A DNA stretch of 63,635 nucleotides, counting the filler, from Chiloscyllium plagiosum (taxonomy: Eukaryota): the NCBI RefSeq assembly GCF_004010195.1. It is 6 parts of one record of this genome, joined end to end, with 100 filler letters (N's around TTAATTAATTAA, not from the genome) between each part and the next. Parts side by side here need not be neighbours in the genome. Positions count along the whole stretch, not along the records: positions 1 to 30,247 come from NC_057711.1; 5 more parts are not named here. One strand, given 5' to 3'. A model generated the notes under the pieces. The model saw nothing but the letters and a program-made list of their open reading frames with translations, ran no database searches and was not told the DNA's origin. Numbering within the stretch: position 1 is the stretch's first letter; the number at the start of each line of letters is the position of its first letter. Shown piece after piece: positions 1 through 13,544 of the stretch. The position numbers were made by a program, and so were the translations under genes.

Positions 1-480
1 ATCTAATGTGGCTTCGCCCCTTGTTGGCCTGTCTACATACTGTGTCAGGAAGCCCTCCTGCACACACTGGACCAAAACTGACCCATCTATAGTACTCGTA
101 CTGTAGTGTTCCCAGTCAATATTTGGATAGTTGAAGTCCCCCGTGACAACCATCTACCTCTCTCACTCCTATCGAGGATCATCTTTGCTATCCTTTCCTC
201 TACATCTCTGGAACTATTCGGAGGCCTTCAGAAATCTGCCAACAGGGTGGCCTCTCCTTTCCTGTTTCTAACTTCAGCCCATACTACCTCAGTTGACGAG
301 TCCCCAAACATCCTTTCTGCAACTGTAATACTGTCCTTGACCAACAATGTCACACCTCCCCCTCTTTTACCATATTCTCTGTTCTTACTGAAACATCTAA
401 ATCCTGGAATCTGTAACAACCATTCCTGTCTCTGCTCTAACCATGTCTCCGAAATGGCCACAACATTGAAGTCCCAGGTT
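1..480 (-). mobile_element. CR1-clade LINE ORF2 fragment (APE endonuclease)
   Basis: ORF 228..461(-) AISETWL...IPGFRCFSKNREYGKRGGGVTLLVKD...VWAEVRNRKG is typical CR1 endonuclease. Closely similar sequence occurs at 44.4-44.8 kb. Confidence 0.85.
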
Positions 481-742
481 GCAGTTTATGCCATTTGGCA
501 TGCAAGTAGTGCTGTTTGGTAACTTCATTAGGTTGACTCCTTATTTTTAGGTATGTCTGGTACTGCTCCTGGCATGTTCACTGAACCAGGGCTGATCCAC
601 TGTCTTGATGGTAATGGTTGAGTGGGAGATATGCTGGGCCATGAGTTCACACATTATGGTGAAGTACAATTCTGCTGCTGTTGATGGCCCACAGTGCCTC
701 ATGGATGCTCTGTTTTGAGTTATTAGATCTGTTTGGAGTCTG

Positions 743-884
743 GATTAGTGGTGCTGGAACAGCACAGCAGTTCAGGCAGCATCCAAGGAGCTTCGAAACC
801 CTTGGATGCTTCCTGAACTGCTGTGCTCTTCCAGCACCACTAATCCAGAATCTGGTTTCCAGCATCTGCAGTCATTGTTTTTAC
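743..884. mobile_element. Short fold-back PLE-terminal insert in an old CR1-like LINE
   Basis: Inverted arms ggattagtggtgctggaa...gcatccaagg / ccttggatgc...ccactaatcc. 14-bp TSD ctgtttggagtctg at 729-742 and 885-898. Confidence 0.7.
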
Positions 885-1334
885 CTGTTTGGAGTCTGTC
901 CTATTTCATCCGGTGCTCATGCCACACAACACAATTGAGGGTATTCTCAATGTGGAGGCAGGTCATCGCCTCCACAAGGACTGTGCATTCTTCTATAGTT
1001 TCTGCAAAAACTCCCTACTTATATACTCCATTCCTTTTGAAATAAATACTAACATTCCATTTACCACTGAACATCGATGCTTGCTTTTGCGATTCATGGA
1101 TGAAGACTGCCGAATCCCTCTGACTGGACTGGAAATGTAAACCCACTATTTAAAAAAAGAGGGAGCAAAAGAGGGAATGTGAATTACAGGCTACTTAGTC
1201 TAACATTGTAATCGGAAAAATGCTAGTCTTTGTTGTAAAAGATATGACAACATGACACTTAGAAAATATCAACTGGATTGCACAAAGTCAAATTGAATTT
1301 ACAAAAGTGAAATCATGTCTGACAAACCTACCGG

Positions 1335-1533
1335 ATGTGGAGGAGCCAGTTTTCTACTGGGGTGGACAAAGTTAAAAATCGCACAACACCAGGTTATAAT
1401 CCAACAGGTTTATTTGGAAGCACTAGCTTTTGGAGCACTGCCCTGTAACGACCTGATGAAGGAGCAATGCTCCGAAAACTAGTGCTTCCAAATAAACCTG
1501 TTGGACTATAACCTGGTGTTGTGTGATTTTAAA
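1335..1533. mobile_element. Fold-back PLE-terminal insert (family B)
   Basis: Inverted arms ~1375-1441 and ~1464-1530. The same terminal sequence closes elements at 7.3-7.7 kb and 39.8-40.5 kb. Confidence 0.7.
1453..1481 (+). ncRNA. Minimal hammerhead ribozyme motif (family B)
   Basis: CTGATGA-a-GGAGC-aat-GCTCC-GAAA-acta: conserved core and a perfect 5-bp stem II. The other family B copies suggest GAAAGCTA, so one position is likely mutated here. Confidence 0.65.
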
Positions 1534-2639
1534 CTGACTGGAATCATTTGAAGAGAAAGTGAGGTCTGCAGATGCTGGAGATCAGAGCTGGAAATGTGTT
1601 GCTGGAAAAGCGCAGCAGGTCAGGCAGCATCCAGGGAACAGGAGAATCGTTGAAGCCATACTATTTGAGTAAGTGAGGCAGAATCAATGGATAGGTTATT
1701 TGGATATTTAGAAATCTTTTGATAAAAGTCCTCACAAGAGATCAGTATGCAAAATTAAAGCACATAAGATTGGTTGTACTTTACTAGCATGAATTGAGAA
1801 TTGGTTAGTCAACAGGAAACCGAGAGTGCGAATAAATGGGTCTTTTGCAGTGGAAGGCATAATCATAATGGTGCTGCAGAGATTCATGCTTGGACCTCAG
1901 CTATTCACAATAGATATCAACAATTTGGTTGAGGGAACCAAATGTAACTTTATAAGTTTGCTGACAATATAAATCTAATAAACGCGGTCCAGTCAACTGA
2001 ATGTCCTTGGTGGGAAAAGTTTTTGAGAACACTATCAAGGACAATATTGTCCTCATCTGTCTGATGAATCTGATTCCTTTGATGCAGTTACAGAAAGAGT
2101 ACTTTAATGGAATGTAGGAGATGGTTTGCATATAGACTCTCCATTCAATAAGATACTCTGTAACATATTTACTCAGAAAGTAAAAACACATGTGACTAAA
2201 GTAACATCAGAGGAGATTTACAGAATGGTTCCAAGGATGGAAAAGCTGCTTTTATTTTTCTTATAGCAAAGAAGATTGGAGGGGGGAGTGTGGGTTTTGG
2301 TGACTGATAGATATGCAATCTAAAATAATCAATGATTTCTAAAGTAAATTGTTTGTGCAATTCAAATAATTAAATTTGCAGGGTTAGGGGGATCAAGCGG
2401 GGCAGCAAGACTAACTCTATTGTTCCACAGACATTTATGGATTAAATGAACTAAATGGCTCAGAATTTAAGATTAATTGCTGTGTTGTCAAGGAACCTCT
2501 TAAAACAGTCGGCAAAACAAAAACAGACCAAGTAGACACCTTTTTTCCCATAACATTCTACAAGGGACTAAATAACCTACCCCTGCCCCATGTCTATATT
2601 TAATGTAACTTGTTTTACAGCATCATGATTAAAAAGATG

Positions 2640-2980
2640 ATCTACAGGATGATCAGAGGATTAGATAGGGTAGACAGTGAAAGTCTTTTTCCAAAGATGA
2701 TAATGTTGGCTTGTATGAGGGGGCATAACTACAAATTGAGGGGTGATAGATTTAAGACAGATGTCAGAGGCAGGTCCTTTACTCAGAGAGTGGTAAGGGT
2801 GTGGAATGCCCTGCCTACCAATTAGTTAACTCAGCCACATTAGGGAGATTTAAACAATCCTTGGATTAGCACATGGATGATGATGGGATAGTGTAGGGGC
2901 ATGACCTTAGATTAGTTCACAGGTTGGTGCAACATCGAGGGCCGAAGGGCCTGTTCTGCGCTGTATTGTTCTATGTTCTA
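2640..2980 (+). mobile_element. CR1 LINE 3' end
   Basis: ORF 2610..2825 YRMIRGLDRVD...RGHNYKL...FTQRVVRVWNALP, then a CR1 3' UTR ending gggccgaagggcctgttctgcgctgtattgttctatgttcta. Confidence 0.85.
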
Positions 2981-4854
2981 AAATAAACGGAAATTAAAAT
3001 TTTGTGGAACGAATGTGACAGCCATGACACAGCTGGCAGCTGTCTTGCTGTGTTATAATGTTTGTGGTTAAAGCTCCATTTATGGCTTGAGCACAAAAAT
3101 AAAGTTAACAATCCTGTGGCGTTGTGAGGGAATACCATATGACTATAAATGCCGTTTTCCAGATGAGAAATTAAACTTAGGCCTCATGTGCTTGGATGCA
3201 TGTAAAAGATTCTATAACACTCAGATTTATAGAATTTTTAAAACCCAAAAGAAAGCTGATAGGTCCATCATGTCTGCATTTGTTCTCTGAATAAGTATTT
3301 CACTGGATGCCATCATTGCAACCCTTCACACTGTTCCTTTTCAAGTAACAGTCCAACATCCTTTTGAATACATTGATTCAATCTACCTCTATCACCCTCT
3401 CAGGCAGTGCATTCCAGATCTTAACTACTTACAGTGTGATTTTTTTTTCTCATATCACACTTGTGTCTTTTGCCAATTACTTTAAATCTGTGCCTCTCCT
3501 TGATTCTTTCATATTTGATAAGTTTCTCTGTATCCAACATTACCAGGACCCTTATGATTTTGAACACTCCAATAAATTTCCTCTCAGCCTTCTCCTCTCC
3601 AAGTAAAATCCCTCATCCTTGGAACGATTCTTGTGAATCTCTTCTGCAATCTCTCCAATGTCTTTACATCCTTTCTAAACAGTGACATCAAGAACTGGAA
3701 GAAGCGATATTCCACCTTAAGTCAAACTAGCATCTTGTTCATATTCAACATATCCACCTTGCTCTTTTATTTTAAGTCCCTGTTAACAAAGCACAGACAC
3801 TGTACATCTTTTTAGCATGCTGCTAAAATACCCTTTAATGATTTATGCGCGCACACACCCAGGACTCTTTGTTCCTTACCAACCTTAGATTTGTTTCTTT
3901 TCTATTATTTCTCCAATTACTTCCTCCCAAAATGAATCATCTCACATTACTCCACATTGAATTGCATCTGTTACCTGTCTGCCGGTCCATCAACTTGCCT
4001 ATGTCCTTTCAAAGTTCTTCACTATCCCCTCACAGGTTAAATAGGCTTCTGAGTTTTGCATCATCCACAAATTTTGAAATCATGTTCTATATGCTCAGGT
4101 GTAGATCATTAATCAGGAGTGTATCAGGAATAGCTTCCTCCAGGTCAGAGAGCATCCATCATCCATTACACTACAAAATCATCCTGTTAATGAGCCAATT
4201 CTGTATATATGTGTTATTGTCCTTTTTATTCCAAGAGATATAACATTGCTTACAACTCTGTTCCATGGAGCTCTATCAAATGAGCTTTAGAGGTCCATGT
4301 ACATCACATCAAAGGCATTAACCTCTTCAACACTCTCTGTTAAGATCATAAGATATAGGAGAGAATTATGTCATTCAGCTGAACGAGTCTACTCAGCCAT
4401 TCGATCGTGGTGATATGTTTCTAAAACCTATTCTCCTGCCTTCTCCCTGTAAACTTTGATCCTCTTACTAATCAAAAATCTATCTATCACTGTCTTAAAA
4501 ACTCTTAAACAGCCTTCCATGGCAATGGAAACATCTTCTCCATGTCCACTCTATCCAGGTTCTCAGATTGCCCCTCATCCTTCTGAACTAAATTGAGTCC
4601 AAACCCAACGTCCTCAACCACTCATCATATGACAAGTCCTTCATCTCCAGGATCATTCTTGTAAACTATCCCTGGACCCCTCCATTGCCAACACATCCTT
4701 AGATGCAAGATCCAAAACTGCTCACAATATTTCCAATGCAGGCTGACCTAAGTCTTCTGTAGCCTCAGAAGTACATTTCAGCTCTCATACTCTAGCCCTC
4801 TTGAAATGAATGCTAACATTGCATTTGGTTTCCTAACTGCCAATTGAACCTGCA

Positions 4855-6640
4855 TTTTTTATCTATTCATTTTATGGGATGTGGGTGACGCTGGCTGGGC
4901 CAGCATTTATTGCCTATCCCTAGTTGCACTTGAGAAGGTGAGCTGCCTTTTTGAATCGCTGCAGTCCATCTGCTGCGGGTTGACTCACAATGCCATTAGG
5001 GAAGGAATTCCAGGAATTGGACCCAGTGACAGTGAAGAAGTGGCGATATGTTTACAAGTCAGGATAGTGAGTGGCTTGGAGGGGAACTTGAAGGTTGTGG
5101 TGTTCCCATAAATCTGCTGCCTTTGTCCATCTAGATGGAAGTGGTTATTGGTTTGGAAGGTGTTGTCTCAGGATCTTTGGTGAATTTCTGCAGATCAGCT
5201 TGTAGATATTACACACTGCTGCTACTGAGCGTCAGTGGTGGAGGGCTTGTGGATGAAGTGCCACTCAAGTGGGCTGCTTTGTTCTGGATGGTGTCAAGAT
5301 TCTTGAGTGTTGTTGGGCTGTGCTCATCCAGGCAAGTGTGGAGTATTCCGTCACACTCCCGATTTGTGTCTTGTAGATAGTGGACAAGCTTTGGTGAATC
5401 AGGAGGTGAGTTACTCGCAGTAGTACTCCTAGCCTCTGACCTGCTCTTATAACCACTGAGCTTATGTGGTCAATCCAGTTGAGTTTCTGGTCAATGATAA
5501 CTCCCATGATGTTGACAGTGGGGGATTCAATGATGGTAACACCATCATTATATTGTCTCTTATTGGTCATAGCCTAACATTTGTGTGGCATGAATATTAC
5601 TTGCTACGTGTCAACCCAAAGCTGGATATTGTCCAGATCTTGTTGCATTTGGACATGGACTACTTCAATGTCTGAGGAGTTGTGAATGGTGCTGGACATT
5701 GTGCAATCATCAGTGAACATCCCCAATTCTGACCTTGTGATGGAGGGAAGGTCATTGATGAAGCAGCTGAAGATGGTTGCGCCGAGGACACTAGTCTGGG
5801 GAACTCTGCAGAGATGTTCTGGAGCTGAGATGACTGACCTCCAAGAACCACGAACAAATTTCTATGTGTCAGGTACGACTCTAACCACCAGAGAGTTTAC
5901 CCCCTGATACTCACTGGTTCCAATTTTGCTCGGGCTCCTTAAAGTCATACTCGGTCAAATACAGCCTTGATGTCAAGGGCTGTCACTCTCCCCTCACTTC
6001 TGGACTTCAGCTCTTTTGTCCATGTTTGAACCAAGACTGTAATGAGGTCAGGAGCAGAACGGCCCCTGGTGGAACTTAAACTGGGCGTCACTGAACAGGT
6101 TATTGCTGAGCAGGTGCTGCTTGATAGCATTGTTGATGACACTTTCCAAAACTTTACTGATAATCGAGAGTAGACTGATCGGGCAGTAATTGGCTAGATT
6201 GGATATGTCCTGCTTTTTAGATACAGGACATACTTGAGCAACTGTCCACATCTTGGGTAGATGCCAATGTTGTAATAGTACTGGAACAGCTTGGCGAGGG
6301 GAGCAGCAAGTTCTGGAACACAAGTCTCCAGTTCTATTGCCAGAATGTTGCCAGGGCCCATAGCCTTTGTAATATCCAGAGCATCCAACTATTTCTTGAT
6401 ATCACGTGGAGTGAATCGAATTGGCTGAAGATTGGTATCTGTAATGATGGGGACTACTGGAAGAGGCCAAGATGGATCATCCACTCAGCACTTCTGGCTG
6501 AAGGATGAGTGGAGTTACTCAGGGGTTAGTATTGAGGGTATGAACTTTGTTCAGAAGGCTAGAGGCATATACAATTTTCTAAATGGGAAACGGCTGCAAA
6601 AGCTTCAGCCTTATATTTGCCCTGATGTTGAAGGCTTCAG
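4855..6640 (-). mobile_element. Degenerate CR1-like LINE ORF2 (RT) with 3' end
   Basis: Fragmented ORFs NYCPISLLSIISKVLE, TALDIKAVFDRV and GVIIDQKLNWIDHI, with many frameshifts. Confidence 0.8.
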
Positions 6641-6740
6641 ATTTCCACAGCCGTTTCCCATTTAGAAAATTGTACATGCCTCTAGCCTTCTGAACAAAGT
6701 TCATACCCTCAATACTAACCCCTGAGTAACTCCACTCATC
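6504..6740. repeat. 93-bp near-perfect inverted repeat with 51-bp spacer
   Basis: 6504-6596 is the reverse complement of 6648-6740 with one mismatch. Confidence 0.9.
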
Positions 6741-6759
6741 ACTGGCTAGCATCCTGAAA

Positions 6760-9700
6760 AACAAAGAACAAAGAAAATTACAGCACAGGAACAGGCCCTT
6801 TGGCCCTCCAAGCCTGCGCTGATCCAGATCTTCTATCTAAACCTGTTGCCTATTTTCTCAGGGTGTGTATCCCTTTGCTCCCTATCCATTCATGTCTCTG
6901 TCTAGATACATCTTAAATGACGCTATCATGCCCGACTCTACCACCTCCCCTGGCAACGCGTTCCAGGCACCAACATATGTCTGTGTAAAGAACTTTCCAC
7001 ATGTATGTCCCCTCAACTTGTCCCCTCTCACTTTGAACTTGTGATCCCTAGTAATTGAGACTCAACTCTGGGAAAAAGCTTCTTGCTATCCAGCTTGTCA
7101 ATAATTCTACCTTGTAGATCTAAATTTTGTCCCCCCTCAACCTCGGTCTTTCCAATGAAAATAATCCGAATCTACTCAACCTCTCTTCATAGCTAGTGCC
7201 TTCCATACCAGGCAACATCCCAGTGAACCTCCTCTGCACCCTCTCCAAAACATCCACATCCTTTTGGTAATTGGTGTTAAACAATTGGACACCAATTGTT
7301 AAAGTTAACCTGAGAATGTAACTTTTGAAAAAGGTTTTGTGATTTACATATGAAAGAAGTGAAACTAACATGGTCATTCTAACAGATGAGAGACTTAACA
7401 ACCAATCAAGGTATTTTTCAATGTATAATTTCAGTTACAGCACACTGTAAACTTTTGCTATAAATTATGCCTTACAATTGTGTACTCACAACCACCTGAT
7501 GAATGGTGCTGGACATTGTGCAATCATCAGTGAACATCCCCAATTCTGACCTTGTGATGGAGGGAAGGTCATTGATGAAGCAGCTGAAGATGGTTGCGCT
7601 CAGAGAGCTAGTGCTTACAATTAAACCTGTCGAACTATAACCTAGTGTTGTGTGATTTTTAACTTCATACACCCCAGTCCAACACTGGCATCTCCAAATC
7701 ATTTATGTATATCACAAACAACAGTGGTCCCAGCATGGATCCCTGTGGAACACCACTGGTCACAGTTCTCCATTTTGAGAAAGTCCTTTCTACTACAACT
7801 CTCTGTCGCCTGTTGCCCACTCATTTCTTTATCCATCCAGCTAGTACACCCTGGACACCTTGTAACTTCACCTTCTCCATCTGCCTACCATGGGGAACCT
7901 TATCAAATGCCCTACTGAAGTCCATGTATATAACATCAACAGCCCTTCCCTCATCAATCCTTCCTTAAAGAATTCTATGGAGTTGGTAAGACATGACCTT
8001 CCCTGCACAAAACTATGTTGCCTATCACTGATAAGCCCATTTTCTTCCAAATGGGAATAGATCCTATTCCTCAGTATCTTCTCCAGGAGCTTTCTTACCA
8101 CTGACATCAGGCTCACTGGTTTATAACTACCTGGATTATCTCTGCTCCCCTTCTTAAACAAAGGGACAACATTACCAATTCTCCCGTTCTCCAGGACCTC
8201 ACCCCTGTTCAAAGATGCTGCAAAGATATCTGTTAAGGCCCTGGCTATTTTCTCTCTCGCTTCCCTCCGTAACCTGGGATAGATCCCATCTGGACCTGGG
8301 GACTTGTCCACCTTAATGCCTTTTAGAATATCCAATATTTCCTCCCTCATAATGCCGACTTGATCTAGAGTAATTAAATATCTAACCCCAACCTTAACAT
8401 CCGTCGTGTCCCTCGCCTTGGTGAATATCGATGCAAAGTACTTGTTAAGAATCCCACCCATTTTCTCTCACTCCACAGATAACTTTCCTCCTTTGTCCTT
8501 GAGTGGGCCAACCCTTTCTCTAGTTACCCTCTTGCTCCTTATATATGAATAAAAGGCTTTAGGATTTTCCTTAATCCTGTTGCTAAAGGTATTTCATGAC
8601 CCCTTTTAGCCCTCTTAATACCTTGTTTCAGATTGGTCCTACATTCCCGATATTCTTCCAAAGCTTCGTCTGTCTTCAGTCATCTAGACCTTATGTATGC
8701 TTCCTTTTTCCTCTTAGCTAGTCTCACAATTTCACCTGTTATCCATGGTTCCCTAATTTTGCCATTTCTTTCCTTCATTTTCACAGGAACATTTCCCCTC
8801 CTACACTCTAATTAACCTCTCTTTAAAAGTCTCCTACATATCAAATGTGGATTTATCTTCAAACAGCTGCTCCAATCTACATTCCTCGGCAACTGCTGAA
8901 TTTTGGTACAGTGCGCCTTCTCCCCCATTTAGCACTCTTCCTTTAGGACCACTCTTGTCTTTGTCCATGAGTATTCTAAAATTTACGGAATTGTGATCAC
9001 TATTCTCAAAGTAATCTCCTACTGAAAATTCAACCACCTGGCTGGGCTCATTCTCCAATACCAGGTCTAGTATGGCCCTTCTCAAGTTGGACTATTTACA
9101 CCTTCCTGGGTGCCCCTTACAAATTCTACTCCATCCAGACCTCTAACACTAAGCAAATCCCAGTCAATGCTAGGATCACCACCACCAGCTATTACCACCA
9201 GCCTGGTGCTCCTACATCTTTCCATAATCTGTTTACATATTTGTACCTTTATCTCACATTCGCTGTTGGGACACTTGTAGTACAGACCCAACATTGTTAT
9301 CGCACCCTTCCTATTTCTGAGCTCTGTCCATATTGCCTCACTGCTCCAGTCCTCCATATTGTTCTCCTTCAACACAACTGTGATATCCTCTTTGACCAGT
9401 AGTGCAACTCCTCCACCCCTTTTATCTCTCTGTCTATCCCACCTGAAGCATCGATATCCTGGGATATTTAGTTGCCAATCATGCCCTTCCATCAATCAAG
9501 TCTCAGTAATAGCAATAACATCATACTTCCAGGGGCTAATCCAGGTATTAATCTGCCTTACCTAATTCACTTCTTGCATTAAAACAAATGCACTTCAGAC
9601 CACCAGTCCCTTTGTGTTCATCATCTGCTCCGTGCCTAATATTCCCCTTAGTCACGCTGACTTCATTATCTCATTCTTTACAGGCTTAAGTTACTATCTC

Positions 9701-9860
9701 CTTACTGTCCACTAACCTCCTCATTTGGTTTCCACCCCACTGCCACATTAGTTTAAACCGTCCCCACCAGCATTAGCAAAAGTACCCCCAAGGACATTGG
9801 TTTCAGTCCGGCCCAGGTTTAGACCGTCCAATTTGTAATAGTCCCACCTCCCCCAGCTGC
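6760..9860 (-). mobile_element. CR1 LINE (ORF2 EN-RT to 3' UTR), degenerate, interrupted by a PLE terminus at ~7300-7702
   Basis: ORFs 9082..9495 (EN: RDKRGGGVALLVKE), 8834..9085 (LDLVL...SDHN), 7868..8461 (KSPGPDGIYPR...QHSFVQGRSCLTN) and 7120..7401 (LERVQRRFT...LFSLE). Confidence 0.9.
7300..7702 (+). mobile_element. PLE 3' terminal fragment (family B) with disrupted hammerhead
   Basis: Ends ...gtgttgtgtgatttttaacttcatacaccccagtccaacactggcatctcc, like 1480-1530 and 40430-40510. The CTGATGAA core at 7496 is interrupted by a 100-bp copy of 5683-5782. Confidence 0.65.
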
Positions 9861-10065
9861 TGTTGTTTAGTAAGCTTTTTTGCATTTTAGTAGGGTGAAT
9901 AGAGGTATAGACTATTTTCTAAATGGGGAAAGGCTTCAGAAATTTGAAGCACAAAGGGACTTATGAGTCATAATTCAGGATTCTCTTAAAGTTGACATGC
10001 AAGTTCAGTAATTTCTACATCATCATCAATTGTAAACCTTCTGATAACTGATTAATTCCTCTTTA

Positions 10066-11940
10066 GAGTCATAGAGTAATACAGCACAAAAACAGGCCCT
10101 TCAGCCCAAAGTGGTCCATGCTGACCATAGTGCCTCTTAGCTAGTTCCGATTGCCTACATTTGGTCTATATCCCTCTAAATCCTTTCCATTCATTTATAT
10201 AGCCAAATGTTTTTAAAATGTTGCTATTGTATCTGCCTCAACCACTTTCTCTGGCAGCCCATTCCATATACGCACCACTCTCTGTATGAAGAAGTTGCCC
10301 CTCAGGTCCTTCTTAAATCTTTCCCCTCTCATCTTAAACCTATGCCCTCTAGTTTTCAATTCACCATCCCTTGGAAAAAGACTAATATGCATTTATCCTA
10401 TCTACGCTCCTCAATTAGGTCACCCTTCATTATCCTACCATCCAAGGAATAAAGTTCTATCTTGGCCAACCTCTCCTTGAATTTAATTTATTGTCACATG
10501 TACAGAGGCACAGTGAAAAGCTTTGTCTTGTGAGCAATACAGGCAGATCACAGAGTTAAATAGCATAGATAGTAAATATAGTTAAACAGTGGCAGTGACC
10601 TTGTGAGTTCATTCAGCATTCTAACAACAATAGGGTAGAAACTGTTGCGAAACTGGCTGGTGGGTGTGTTCAGGCTTCTGTACCTTCTCCCTGATAGTAG
10701 ACGTTGTAGAAAAACATTGCCAGGATGGGATGGATCTTTAAGAATGCTGGCAGCCTTTCCTTGATAGCGGGCCTGGTAGATAGATTCTATAGATGGGAGG
10801 TTGGCCTTTGTGATTGTCCGGGCCGAGTTCACCACTCTCTGTAACAGTCTCCGATCTTGAACGGTACAGTTGCCATACCAGATTAGTGATGCATCCAGAC
10901 AGAATGCTCTCGATGGTGCGCCTATCAAAGTTGGCAAGGGTATTTGCCATCATGCCAAATTTCCTCAACTGCCTGAGGAAGAAGAGACGTTGTTGGGCCT
11001 TTGTTACCAGTGTGTCCTCATGAAGAGTCCAAGAAAGCCTGTTGTGGATGACAACTCCAAGGAGCTTGACACTCTCCACTCGTTCCATCTCTGTGCTGTT
11101 AATGTGTAGGGGGGCATGAGTAACATCCCACTGAAAGTCAACAGTGAGTTCCTTGGTTTTGCTGGCATTGAGAGCTAGGTTGTTCTCAGTGCACCATTTT
11201 TCCAGGTCTTCCACCTCCTTATAACTCAAGCCGACTAGTCCTGGCAAAACCCTTGTAAATTTTCTTTGGACTCTTTTCAGGTTAACTATGTCTTTCCTAT
11301 AATGAGGTGACCAAAACTGCACACAATACTCCAAGTGCAGCCTCACCAATGCCTTATAAAACTGTAACATAACGCCCCACTCCTGTATTCAGTGCCTTGA
11401 CCGATGAAGGCCAGCATGCTAACTGCCTTCTTCACCACCCTGTCTTCTTGTGACACTGCTTTCAAAGAACTATGTACGTGTACTCCTAGGTTCCTCTGTT
11501 CCATAACATCCTTGGGGCCTTACCATTAACTATGTAAGTCCTACCGTAGTGCAACACCTCACACTTATCTGTATTGAATTGCATTTGCCAATCCTCAGCC
11601 CACTTCCAAATTTGATCAAGATCCCTCTGTAATTTTTGATAACCTTCCCCACTATCAACAATACTGCATAATTTTGTATCATCTGCAAACTTACTAATCA
11701 TGCCTTGTACATTCACAAACAGATCATTTATGTAAATAACAAATAACAAAGATCCCAGCACCGACTGCTGTGGCTCACCATTAGTCACAGGTCTCCAGTC
11801 CGAGAAACAACCTTCAACTATCACCCTCTGCTTCCTACCACTGAACCAATTTTGAATCCAATTAGCTTGCTGTCCCTGGATCCCACGCAACCTAACCTTC
11901 ATGACTAGCCTTCAGGGTGGGACCTTGTCAAAGACCATAC
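10066..11940 (-). mobile_element. CR1 LINE RT/3' end with nested insertion
   Basis: ORF 11486..11902 (WIQNWFSGRKQRV...KFADDTK) and the start of 10738..11370 (YKALVRLHLEYCVQFWSPHY). Confidence 0.85.
10480..11215 (-). mobile_element. Rex1/Babar-type LINE 3' fragment nested in CR1
   Basis: WCTENNLALNASKTKELTVDF...KAQQRLFFLRQLRKFG...TIESILSGCIT, WYGNC...LQRVV and FRNSFYP are Rex1/Babar-like RT C-terminal motifs. Confidence 0.75.
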
Positions 11941-12755
11941 TAAGACCCACACCTTTCTCAATGGTGTGCCCAGCATAGGAACAGGAGTAAGCCATTCAGC
12001 CTGTCGAGCCTGCCCTTCTATTTAATATGATCATGGCCGATCAAGCACTTTATTGCCTTTTACCCACCCAATCCCATGTCCCTGTACAATTAATGAAAAT
12101 CGGAAATCTATTTTGAATCTATTCAAAGTGTGAGCTACCATTGCACTCTGTGTGGAAAATTCCAAAGTTTCACAAACCTCTGTGCAACAGAAAATGGTCC
12201 TTCAACGTATCATGTCCATACCAGTTATCAAGCAAGTATCTATTTTAATTACATTTTCCAGCACTTGCCTTAAAGCCTTGTATGCCATGCTGTTTCAAGT
12301 GCACATCCAAATATGTTTTAAATGTGTTGAGATTTTTTGCCTCTACCACCCTTTCAGGCAGTGAGTTCCAGGTACCCATTACCCTCTGGGTGAAAACGTA
12401 TTCACTCAAATCCCCTCTTTGCAATGCAGCAAAACCTGAAACTGCATGTCTTCCTCCCTGGACAGGTTGGAAGCTGTTTGGAGAAATGGGGCCAGCGCCT
12501 TCAGAGGATGCAAGTTGATATAAGATTGATGTCAAAGTTCCACCCTTTGGATTGAATGAATTTTGTTTCAGAACTCACCCGCTTGAAGATATTCTGCGGC
12601 AATGCAGAAGAATCCTGATGTGGTGATTTAATTGAAGTGCTCTGGATCTTCACTAGCTTGGTGTTAAACTGCATGAATTGAAAATACTGGTTTAATCACC
12701 ATGAAATATAAACTTTCTTTAAAAATCACCCTTTTTTTCTCCGTTGCAAATACAG

Positions 12756-12817
12756 ACAACTGGGAAAAAACATCAGGCCAAATTACACATAATTGTCCAA
12801 GCCTGCTGTGTTGTAAG
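12756..12817 (+). other. Candidate exon of unknown transcript
   Basis: ctttttttctccgttgcaaatacAG acceptor and aag|GTatgt donor in non-repeat sequence. No recognisable product. Confidence 0.3.
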
Positions 12818-13544
12818 GTATGTAGTGTACATATATTTTAATATTATTTATTTTAGTGTTTGGGTTTGAACTACTGGTATATGGATTTGATCTGTCTGAA
12901 GTGGTTTAATCATTAACTTGCAAGTGTTTTGGTAATCATGGTGACTTATTTTAAAACACAGTACGAGAGAGGGTGTTCCTGGTGTACAATGAGGTTTCCT
13001 TTTCTTTTGGGAAGTTTATTCAAAAGTGAACAAAGTAAATTGTGCAGTACATTAGATTTTCAGTTTGAAATATTCTGGAAATTCTAAACTACAGAGAGAT
13101 GATTCAACAATAAGAAGTACAGAAACTAAACTCTGTCATTCCTAACACTATATCCACACTGTTAGAAACACACACATATACATAATTTTGAATTATGAAA
13201 ATTGAAAATAGAACTACTTTGACATTACTGGGTTGGTGAGGGACTTATCATATGATATCTTAAAAAATGTCAAGGAGAACTACTTCGGAGAGTCGGTTTG
13301 GATTTTATGGGCCGAAGGGCCTGTTTCTACACTGTAGGAATTTTAATCAGTCTTCTAATTCTAATCAGAACTGTGTTTATTTATTGCTTACATGAAAAGC
13401 AAGTAAGTTTGGACAAGGATACAACTCAAAACTTTTAAAAAGATATTTTCATGGTCTTAATATCTTGCCAAAAAAAAAGATAAATCCTAACATCTATGCT
13501 GCTATCACTGAGCAACAATCTCGTTTTTTTAGTTTTTGTCACAG

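Noticed and set aside
10738..11370. 210-aa ORF that looks like a novel RT fusion
   Set aside because: Chance in-frame junction between a CR1 fragment and a nested Rex1/Babar fragment.
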